Source: Gemmatimonadaceae bacterium
GTDB taxonomy: Bacteria; Gemmatimonadota; Gemmatimonadetes; Gemmatimonadales; Gemmatimonadaceae
Length of the DNA stretch: 64,000 bases
Direction of reading: 5' to 3'
Assembly (NCBI GenBank): GCA_045803545.1
Contig: JBJMOW010000005.1
Span: forward strand, 1,248,001-1,312,000
In this document: piece by piece, positions 56,755 to 64,000 of the stretch
Position numbering within the stretch: the stretch's first letter is position 1
How the letters are laid out: every line of letters starts with the position of its first letter
Notes under the pieces: generated by a model
Databases searched by the model: none
What the model was told of the DNA's origin: nothing
What the model saw: the letters and a program-made list of their open reading frames with translations, nothing else
Program-made: the position numbers and the translations under genes

Positions 56755-57865
56755 CGTTCCTCACTGTCGAAGGCCAATTCCGTTCATCGGCACCGTGTTG
56801 ATTCACGATAGCGATCACCCAGCGCTCCCAGCCGAACGCAACGCAGCCGGTGTTGGCAGGCTGGCCGGAGTCGAGCTTGATGCGGAATGCCTTGCCGAAG
56901 TGATCGTGATGGTTGTTGAACGATGCGGCGGCGATCGTGCGCCCGTCGTCGCTGGCGCGCAGCCTCAGCTCGTATTTGAGCGGCAGTATCTGCTGCATCA
57001 ACATTCTTCCGCGCGACTCGGCGGTGAAAAACGGATCGTTTGCAATCTCGATAGCGCCATCGAGTCCCAGCTCTTTCGTCCAGGCGTGGACGCGCATCAT
57101 CAACTCGCCTCGCACCATTTCAACTGTTTGTGGTGTTCCCACGGTGATTATCTCCCGCATCGTGAACTCACGCAGTCTCTCAACCGCAGTGGGTGATTGC
57201 TCCTCGAACTCGTTCCGGAAGCACCGGCCGAGCGCAGTCACCATGGAGCCAGATGCAGTAACCGTGCAGTCAGAGAGAGTTGGATAGTGGTGGTAGCAAA
57301 CAGCGGGGGGTCTAGCGTTCTCACCATTGCGAACGAGTTTCTCGGGAAATGCCGATAGAAACCCCGCGCGATCGAGGGATGACAGCGAGATGTCGTCCGG
57401 GAAGGCGAGTCGGGTAGCGCCGAGGTGATCGGCCCAGTCGCAAACAGTGGCATCGAGCCAATCACGCAGTTCGGCGACTGCTCCGTGCAACACCAGGGCC
57501 CCCTGACCAGTCAGCTCGAGATCACCCTTTGCGATCAGCCTCCCGACCGGGGAGCCGGACGTCTCCGTGCGAAGAGTGCCGCGCCGGCGAGTGGTCGACC
57601 TTCTGGTGATCGACTCGACACCAGTGAAAACCCGGGCGATCGTCTCGATCGACCTGAAATTGGCGAGAACGATCTGCGAATCGGGAATCTTGCGGTCGAG
57701 GGTGGATTGCAGGAACGCGATCAGCTCGAGGATCTTGAGCGAGTCGATGACCTGGTCCTCGAACAGTCGCGTTTCAGCGGTGATCGAAGGCGCGATCTGA
57801 CCATCCGCCAGCTGTTCGCGGACGAAGCATAAAAGGCGCTGCTCGAGCTCGTGGGCGGTCAACAT
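56735..57865 (-). CDS. Carrier protein fused to a SerRS-like amino acid:[carrier protein] ligase
   Basis: N-terminal VIDSLKILELIAFLQ carrier domain; PAVCYHHY, motif 2 GRCFRNE, LREFTMRE, ANDPFF, LKYEL, SFNNHHDHFG, motif 3 TGCVAFGWERW; no tRNA-binding arm. Confidence 0.88.
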   Translation of the reverse strand: MLTAHELEQRLLCFVREQLADGQIAPSITAETRLFEDQVIDSLKILELIAFLQSTLDRKIPDSQIVLANFRSIETIARVFTGVESITRRSTTRRRGTLRTETSGSPVGRLIAKGDLELTGQGALVLHGAVAELRDWLDATVCDWADHLGATRLAFPDDISLSSLDRAGFLSAFPEKLVRNGENARPPAVCYHHYPTLSDCTVTASGSMVTALGRCFRNEFEEQSPTAVERLREFTMREIITVGTPQTVEMVRGELMMRVHAWTKELGLDGAIEIANDPFFTAESRGRMLMQQILPLKYELRLRASDDGRTIAAASFNNHHDHFGKAFRIKLDSGQPANTGCVAFGWERWVIAIVNQHGADERNWPSTVRNDVSATA

Positions 57866-58980
57866 TGACGTGTCCCCCAGTTGCTCTCGAGGCAGTACTT
57901 CACGACTCGCGGATAGAAATCGAGCGACGGCTGCGGCGCGATGCCGTTGCCCGCCAGGGTGGCCGTTGCCCGATCGGTCTCGAAAACCTTGGGATGCGCG
58001 AGCTGATACGCGAACGTACGAATCGATCTCGTTGCTTCGCGCAGCACTGGATTCCCTGTTTCCTCGACGGATTTGACGAACAACTCGTACGTATCGAGAT
58101 CGACGATCAACGGTTTCTCGACTGCTCGCTTGCGCCACTGGGGCCGGTACGTCGCGATCGCGCTCATCGTCTCGTCGATGATTTCGCCGAGCGTATTGCT
58201 CGATTCGCGGCCCGCCGCGAGGTGGAAGACCCCGGGACGCGCTGCGTGCTCCGCCAGGTGCAGCACAGCCTCGGCGACGAAGTCAGAGCTGACGATGTCG
58301 ACCGGCTCGTTCGGATCGCCGGGAATCATCGGCGCCAGACCGCCATAGAGGAGCCTGACCGCGTGGTGGATGGTATTGAAGTGCGTCACTCTACCGGTAC
58401 CGGAATCTCCGATGACTGTGCTCAACCGCACCAGAATCAGCGGAAGCTCCGACATCGAGGCGCTGATCATGTCCTCCATCTCGGCTTTCGATTCCTCATA
58501 CGAGTTGACGAAGCCGAGTCCTGCGTCGCCGAAATCGGACTCGGCGAAATCGCCACACCGCTTGCCGCTGACATAGACGGTGCTCAGGAACGCGCCGCAC
58601 TCGAGCGCTGGACAGTGCCGCGCGAAATCGAGAACGTTGCGACTGCCGTCGACATTAGCCCTGCGCGCAGCAGTGATCGGAAGTGTGAATGACGTCGAGC
58701 CAGCGGAGTGAATGATGTGGGTCGTGTCGCGTTGCAGATGAACCAGAGCATCAGCGCGAACGCCAAGGTCGGGCCCGGCGCCGATGTCGCCTTCGACGAC
58801 ATCAACGGTCGCGCTGATGTCTGCATAAGCGAGCAATGAGCGCACGCGCTCGATAGGATCACTGTCGCTGCGGCGGACGAGGACTTTTACGGCGAGACCT
58901 TCCCGTGCCGCGAGTCGACGCAGCAGGTCGCTGCCAATCGCGCCCGTTGCACCGGTGAGCAGAATTGACGCGCGTCGCAT
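57859..58980 (-). CDS. Extended SDR, thioester/fatty acyl reductase type
   Basis: LLTGATGAIG, IIHSAG, ANVDGSRNV, LSTVYVSG, NSYEESKAEME, RLSTVIGDS.TG. Confidence 0.88.
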   Translation of the reverse strand: MRRASILLTGATGAIGSDLLRRLAAREGLAVKVLVRRSDSDPIERVRSLLAYADISATVDVVEGDIGAGPDLGVRADALVHLQRDTTHIIHSAGSTSFTLPITAARRANVDGSRNVLDFARHCPALECGAFLSTVYVSGKRCGDFAESDFGDAGLGFVNSYEESKAEMEDMISASMSELPLILVRLSTVIGDSGTGRVTHFNTIHHAVRLLYGGLAPMIPGDPNEPVDIVSSDFVAEAVLHLAEHAARPGVFHLAAGRESSNTLGEIIDETMSAIATYRPQWRKRAVEKPLIVDLDTYELFVKSVEETGNPVLREATRSIRTFAYQLAHPKVFETDRATATLAGNGIAPQPSLDFYPRVVKYCLESNWGTRQC

Positions 58981-59966
58981 CAGTGCTGCACCACCATGCT
59001 CGCCCAGTTCGATCCGTACCCGAACGTGAACAGCAGCATGTAGTCGCCTTTCTTCACCAGCCCGGCGTCGGTTGCGTGCCGCAGGTTGAGCAGGTTGTCC
59101 GACGCGATGGTGTGGCCGACTTTGGAGATGTTAGCGGTGTAAATCCGGTCAGCGGGGCATTTGATCAGCCGGCCCAGTATCTCCCAGCTGCGCAGCGACA
59201 CGTTGTGTGGAATGACTGCTGCGATGTCGTCGATGGTCAGGCCCGCATTCTTCAGCGTGCGCTCGATCAGCGCCGCCGCAGTCGGGAAATACGCGGCAAT
59301 AATCTCGTTCTCTATGGTGTCGCTATCCCACAGCGCGCCTTTCGTCACATGACCGCACTCGACGATTCTGTTTCGCTGGGCGCCGCGTCGCACCAGTGCG
59401 GCGCACGCACCGTCCGAGACGAGATTGTAGGCAAGGTCCCGCGGCTGGTCAGGCGGGAACTTGTCGGCGCTGACGCAGAGGATCGCGTTGAGATTGTCTT
59501 CGGTCGAGATCAATGCGCGAGCCATGCGTAGCGCGGCAAATATCGATGCACAGCCGACCTGGTTGACGCCAACGACCGCGGCGTTCGGAAGATCGAGACG
59601 GGTCTGCAGCACCGACCCCGGGTATTTGAAAAGGTCATGGACGTTGCCGAGGTCGAGTACCGATCCCGGACGGGAGACGCCGTTGCCGTTCCAAAGCGTA
59701 GAGCTGGAGTTGAGCGCGGCGGCGTAGAGAATCATGCCGATGTCGTCGCGATCCACATCGCTTTCTGCGAGCAGTTTCTCGGCGGCGGCGACGGCCATGT
59801 CGAGATTCGACTCCTCACCCGCCAGATGGACGGTCTCGAATCCGAACGAGCGCAGCGTCAGTCCCGATCGATTAAGGAGCCCGCGCGCACCGAGCTCCGC
59901 GACCGTAGCAACGCCCGGCGGCAGGTACTCAGCGATCGATTCGATTCCGATTTGGCGCTTGCTCAT
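58980..59966 (-). CDS. 3-oxoacyl-ACP synthase III (FabH)-like protein, non-canonical
   Basis: QVGCAS catalytic Cys, SDGACAALV, IPHNVS, VGHTIASD (His where FabH has Asn), FGYGSNW. Confidence 0.88.
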   Translation of the reverse strand: MSKRQIGIESIAEYLPPGVATVAELGARGLLNRSGLTLRSFGFETVHLAGEESNLDMAVAAAEKLLAESDVDRDDIGMILYAAALNSSSTLWNGNGVSRPGSVLDLGNVHDLFKYPGSVLQTRLDLPNAAVVGVNQVGCASIFAALRMARALISTEDNLNAILCVSADKFPPDQPRDLAYNLVSDGACAALVRRGAQRNRIVECGHVTKGALWDSDTIENEIIAAYFPTAAALIERTLKNAGLTIDDIAAVIPHNVSLRSWEILGRLIKCPADRIYTANISKVGHTIASDNLLNLRHATDAGLVKKGDYMLLFTFGYGSNWASMVVQH

Positions 59967-60029
59967 GGCGAGATTCTACCCTGCGCTTCAGTACGGCGGG
60001 ATACGTACAGTGACGTAGCTGGGATGCAG

Positions 60030-60578
60030 TTAAGCCTTCATATGAAGGGTTGGGAACGAGCTTCCGAATTGTTTACTGAATAATGAACGGATCAAACCTC
60101 CTTTCTTCGATCGTTCCGCTCCTTTGAACCGCACGACGTGCCCAGGCAGCGGCCAGCCGAGATTTCCAATTGCAACGCGGTTCCTGTGGATTCCGGCGAT
60201 CATCTCGATCTCGCCGCATTTCACTACGTGCTCGCTTCCCCGCCGACTACTGAAGGACCGCGTCTGTACAAAGCAGCGCTCGAGAATCTCCGTCGCTTGC
60301 TGGTGAGTGATGCCAACGAGCAGCCATCGCCGCCGCACCCAGAGCGCGATCACGATCAACGCGACGTCGAAGATGACTATTGAGATCGGCAGCACTCGCG
60401 CACCAGGGCCGCTGAGCGAGCCACGCTGAGTGAAACCATGGATGATTGTCGCCATTACAAAGATGCCGTTGACGACCACGAGGGAGCTTCCCTTCCATAG
60501 TGTAGGCGACGGGCGACGCGCGATGATCAGCGCCCACGCCACGAGCACCAGCGCATACGCGCCAAGCCACGGCAGCAT
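60030..60578 (-). CDS. Hypothetical membrane protein
   Basis: Three hydrophobic helices followed by a soluble tail. Confidence 0.65.
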   Translation of the reverse strand: MLPWLGAYALVLVAWALIIARRPSPTLWKGSSLVVVNGIFVMATIIHGFTQRGSLSGPGARVLPISIVIFDVALIVIALWVRRRWLLVGITHQQATEILERCFVQTRSFSSRRGSEHVVKCGEIEMIAGIHRNRVAIGNLGWPLPGHVVRFKGAERSKKGGLIRSLFSKQFGSSFPTLHMKA

Positions 60579-60605
60579 GGAGTTGTGGGAGAGCTTAGGT
60601 CGCGG

Positions 60606-61040
60606 CTACTCCTCGAGCAGCGCTTTCAGATTCTCGACGACGCGCTTGCCTTCCTGCTCGTTGAGCTTCTCGAACATCGACGCTTTCATTTTTCCGAGCG
60701 CGTTGGTCGGCACTTCGTAGTCGACGTTGAGACTGAGCCTGGTTCTGGGCCCCGCTCCGTCAGCCTTATAGGTGAAGGTGCTTTTGGCGCCAGTTGTGGT
60801 TTTGTAGACGAACTCTTTTGCGGGCACGAAGCGAACGGTTTCGGCCTTTCCGGTCAGCTCGACGCCGGCGATGTTGTAGACCCAATCCCAGCTGGTGCCG
60901 GGCGTTCTCACATCACCTTTGACGTTGGTCACCGACTTGAGCGGGCCGATGAATGCCGGGTGATTGGTGACGTCGACGATGTACTCCATCAGGGAGTCGG
61001 GCGTGCACTTTACTTCGACGGACTGGGCGACTCTGGTCAT
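60606..61040 (-). CDS. SRPBCC (polyketide cyclase/START-like) family protein
   Basis: QSVEVK..P..LMEYIVD.TNHPAF, beta-strand series and C-terminal helix VENLKALLE. Confidence 0.85.
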   Translation of the reverse strand: MTRVAQSVEVKCTPDSLMEYIVDVTNHPAFIGPLKSVTNVKGDVRTPGTSWDWVYNIAGVELTGKAETVRFVPAKEFVYKTTTGAKSTFTYKADGAGPRTRLSLNVDYEVPTNALGKMKASMFEKLNEQEGKRVVENLKALLEE

Positions 61041-61082
61041 TTTGACTCTCCGTTGGAATTCTTGTGCGCTGAGGATTGAGCC

Positions 61083-61228
61083 AACCAAAGGTAGGCAGGG
61101 TGCAGAGATTGCTCAGCGGTCAGTGTGCAGCTAATGAACGTGGCGTTTGTTGCGAAGCGTGGCCAGGAATGCCGATTCAAACGCTGCACACTCTGCACTG
61201 CGCATCTGCAACCTGTCTGCCTTTGGTT
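61083..61228. repeat. Palindrome family D copy 2
   Basis: AACCAAAGGTAGGCAGG..TGCAGA / TCTGCA..CCTGTCTGCCTTTGGTT; ends related to 44938-45071. Confidence 0.75.
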
Positions 61229-61266
61229 CACGATGCCAGATAGTGCCGCGATCTCGAACAAAGAGC

Positions 61267-63456
61267 TTACTGGATGTCGTACTGCGGCTCGGGCCTGTTC
61301 ATCAGGTACTTGTCGAACCAGCCAATAATGTGCCGCAGGCGTTCGACACGGTGCCACGGCTTCCCTGAACGTGAAAGTTCATGAGTCTCGTCGGGGAAAC
61401 GAACCATCACCGTCGGCTTGTGCAAATACTTCAGGGCGCGGAACATCTGCTCGCCGCCCATAACCGGCGGCGTGCGCATGTCAGCATCGCCTTCGACAAA
61501 CATGATCGGCGTGGTGACGTTGGTGACATAGGTGATTGGCGAAAGATCAGCGAACTGCTTCTGGTTCTCCCACGGCGGCCCGGAGAACCACGTCGGATGA
61601 AAGAGAGTGAAATCCGCAGTGTACCAGAAGCCGGTCCAATCTGCGATCGATCGTTGTGAGACGGCGGCCGCGAAGCGGTGGGTGTGGCCAACAATCCAGT
61701 TGGTGAGAACGCCGCCACCGCTGCCACCGGTGGCGCCCATTTTCGTCGAATCGACGTATCCGCGCTTCACTACCTCGTCGACGCCGGCCATTAGATCCTT
61801 GTAGTCGTCGCCGGGATAGTTGTGCTGAATGATGTTCGCGAATTCCTGGCCGTACGACGTGCTGCCGCGCGGATTCACGTAAAGGACGACGTAACCCTTG
61901 GTCGCCATCCAATCGAATTCGTGAGTGAAAGTGTAGCCGAAAGCGGCGTTCGGCCCGCCGTGGATCTCGAGAATCAGCGGATACTTTCTCGAGGCACTGA
62001 AACCCGGCGGCTTGAGAATCCACCCTTGAATGCGTTTTCCGTCGAAGCTGTTGTAGGTGAACTCTTCCGGCGCCGGAATGTCGAGGGTGCTGAACAGTGC
62101 GTCGTTGACGTGAGTGATTTGGCGGGAGGCGATGGTGCGGGAGGCGGGAGGCGAGAGGCGGGAGGCGTCAATCACGAACAGATCGCCGATGTTCACCGGG
62201 GTGGACACCAGAGTCACGAGCTTTGAACCGCTCTTGTCGGCTGCATATGACACGACTTCCTCGTCACCGGTCGTCACCGCGCTGGATGTGCCACCATCGA
62301 TTGGGAAGCGGCGCAAGTTCGCGCGGCCGTTTTCGGTGGTGACGACGATCACACTGCGGCTGTCGCTGCTCCAGATAATTCCGCCGCCGCTGCCGGCACG
62401 CGGCGGATGTTGATCGCCGGTAAGGCCGCCTTCGACGTCGTAGTCGTAGTTCGTGCTGAGATTGACAGGCTTCGCTCCCGGAGTCGCATCCATGACGTAG
62501 ACGTCGCGCTCGTCGTAGAAGCGGAGTGGTTTGCCGTTCTCGTTGCCGGTGAACGCGATTTTCTTTCCATCACGAGAGATCGCAATTGAGCCCACGGCGC
62601 CATCGAGACTCGCGACCTTTGTCGGCGTACCGCCGCTGGCTGAAACCGAGAACAGCTCGTCGGCAGCCGTTTCGTAGTACGGCTCGAGATGGCGATCGGA
62701 CGTGTAATAGAGACGCGATCCGTCGGTTGACCAGACGGGCTCGCTCTCGTCGAACGTCCCATTGGTGATCTGCTTCGCACTCGGCTGTCCACCGCTCGCG
62801 GTGAATGATGCGGGCACAGTCCAGATGTGCGAATGCGCGGTGACGTCGGTGTAACCGGCGCCGTTCCAACGGTACTGCGCCCGCGTGATCACCCGAACAT
62901 CGCTGACGTGCTTCTTCGTGGTGTCGGTCGACTTCTTCGCCGAATCCGATCCAGCGGTGTCGGGAACCGATGTAAACGCAATCGTGCGACCGTCGGGCGA
63001 CCACACCGGCGACGACGCGCCTTTTGGCGCATTGGTGAGCATCCTCGCTTCGCCACCATCCATTGTGATCAGATAGATCTGCGGCGGCCGAGGCTTGCCA
63101 TCGACCGGGTCTGGCGTGCGCACGAAGGCTAGCTGGCGTCCATCCGGCGACCAGCGCGGTCCCCGGTCTCCGCGGCCCGACGTCAACGGCCTCGGCGCTG
63201 CGCTTCCATCCGCGGGCACCATGAAGATCTGGGTGTCGTAGCGATCCTTGTCGGCGTCAGCTGTTACGCGTACGAACGCGACCTGCGAGCCGTTCGGAGA
63301 AATCTGTGGATCAGCGGCCCAGACAAACTTGAACAAATCGGTGTCCGAGATGGGCCGCCGCGTCTGTGCGCTGACGTCGGCCGGCCCCATGATGAGAGTT
63401 ATGGCGGCGAGGCCGAGCAGCAGCGGAGTCTTACCCACCAATATCGCGGACCTCAT
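61267..63456 (-). CDS. Secreted S9 family peptidase
   Basis: TolB-like WSPDG propeller repeats; EIHGGP, NPRGSTSYG, nucleophile GGSGGG, DMRTP, ETHELSRSG. Confidence 0.93.
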   Translation of the reverse strand: MRSAILVGKTPLLLGLAAITLIMGPADVSAQTRRPISDTDLFKFVWAADPQISPNGSQVAFVRVTADADKDRYDTQIFMVPADGSAAPRPLTSGRGDRGPRWSPDGRQLAFVRTPDPVDGKPRPPQIYLITMDGGEARMLTNAPKGASSPVWSPDGRTIAFTSVPDTAGSDSAKKSTDTTKKHVSDVRVITRAQYRWNGAGYTDVTAHSHIWTVPASFTASGGQPSAKQITNGTFDESEPVWSTDGSRLYYTSDRHLEPYYETAADELFSVSASGGTPTKVASLDGAVGSIAISRDGKKIAFTGNENGKPLRFYDERDVYVMDATPGAKPVNLSTNYDYDVEGGLTGDQHPPRAGSGGGIIWSSDSRSVIVVTTENGRANLRRFPIDGGTSSAVTTGDEEVVSYAADKSGSKLVTLVSTPVNIGDLFVIDASRLSPPASRTIASRQITHVNDALFSTLDIPAPEEFTYNSFDGKRIQGWILKPPGFSASRKYPLILEIHGGPNAAFGYTFTHEFDWMATKGYVVLYVNPRGSTSYGQEFANIIQHNYPGDDYKDLMAGVDEVVKRGYVDSTKMGATGGSGGGVLTNWIVGHTHRFAAAVSQRSIADWTGFWYTADFTLFHPTWFSGPPWENQKQFADLSPITYVTNVTTPIMFVEGDADMRTPPVMGGEQMFRALKYLHKPTVMVRFPDETHELSRSGKPWHRVERLRHIIGWFDKYLMNRPEPQYDIQ
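62124..62166 (+). repeat. Intragenic GGGAGGC heptamer array
   Basis: GGGAGGC GATGGTGC GGGAGGC GGGAGGC GAGAGGC GGGAGGC, encoding ASRLSPPASRTIASR. Confidence 0.85.
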
Positions 63457-64000
63457 TACTTCACCAGTTCTGCCGTCGCCACCGCACCGTTCATCTGCGG
63501 CAGCACGCTAGAGACCTTCACTACGCGACGGTCGGCTTTGCTCACCCACAGCGTCGTCGTCTCACCAGTGCCCTCGGCAGGGGTGGTGATGACTTTCCAG
63601 GCGTCGAAAGTACCGGCCGGAACCGTCACGCTCTCGGTGCCGACGACTTTTAGCTGCCGCGGCTTCACCTGCTGCGACATGATGTCGAAGTTGCGGAACG
63701 TCGTCGCGTAGCCGGTTGCAAGTGGCAGCGCCGCAATCGCGTCGTTAGCACCCGCGCCGTCGGCGAATAGTACGCCGCCCAGGTCAGCCGAGATCGGACG
63801 ATCCTGGCCGTTCACTGACATCGTGCCAGTGGCCTTGTTGTCGGCAAACTGGATGTCGACGGTCGCCGGCCCCTGATGAATGATACGACGGGTCAACAAC
63901 AGCGATCCCTTCGATACCGTCGATTCGTCGGACATGGTGCCCATCGGCATCGACGCGGATTCAGTCACCAGCCAGACACCGCCGCTGTCCTTGACGGTGT
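63456..64000 (-). CDS. Partial CDS, C-terminal DUF3108-like beta domain
   Basis: Frame is open to the window edge; KVVGTESVTVPAGTFDAWKV motif; TAATG coupling to the S9 gene. Confidence 0.65.
   Translation of the reverse strand, partial: TVKDSGGVWLVTESASMPMGTMSDESTVSKGSLLLTRRIIHQGPATVDIQFADNKATGTMSVNGQDRPISADLGGVLFADGAGANDAIAALPLATGYATTFRNFDIMSQQVKPRQLKVVGTESVTVPAGTFDAWKVITTPAEGTGETTTLWVSKADRRVVKVSSVLPQMNGAVATAELVK

Noticed and set aside
56735..58138. Housekeeping seryl-tRNA synthetase, or the full 467-aa ORF
   Set aside because: No tRNA-binding arm; the first 91 codons overlap the SDR gene and the coupled ATG at 57865 is the better start.
60030..61040. Membrane protein and SRPBCC gene as part of the biosynthetic operon
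   Set aside because: Same strand but not coupled, and a separate -10 box precedes the KS III gene. Synteny could overturn this.
1..64000. Prophage, IS element, integron or defence island
   Set aside because: No transposase, integrase, phage structural, nuclease or toxin-antitoxin genes recognised.

Overview
A GC-rich bacterial chromosomal window. The gene content (SusC/SusD pair, VCBS/ASPIC proteins, many secreted peptidases, small lineage-type hypotheticals) suggests Gemmatimonadota; this is inference, not a search result. No rRNA, tRNA, transposase, integrase or CRISPR array was recognised. Main content: (i) a ~26 kb sugar uptake/catabolism region (ABC transporter, secreted alpha/alpha-barrel glycosidase-like protein, GH15, sodium:solute symporter, two VCBS lipoproteins, plug-only lipoprotein, SusD, SusC); (ii) an AhpD/CMD-like gene at 33453-34061 with an in-frame CxxTGA and a SECIS-like hairpin, probably a selenoprotein; (iii) the best candidate for an undescribed system, a six-gene translationally coupled operon at 54331-59966 (-) encoding a non-canonical KS III, a thioester reductase-type SDR, an ACP fused to a SerRS-like amino acid:carrier protein ligase, a methyltransferase and two ferritin-like diiron proteins, one fused to a second ACP; (iv) an unannotated leader peptide with attenuator architecture upstream of a HAD/SemiSWEET/BtuF-like operon; (v) a LytS/LytTR pair with two matching candidate target promoters; (vi) several families of heptamer-periodic palindromes and GGGAGGC heptamer arrays inside coding genes. 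All product calls come from motifs read by eye.
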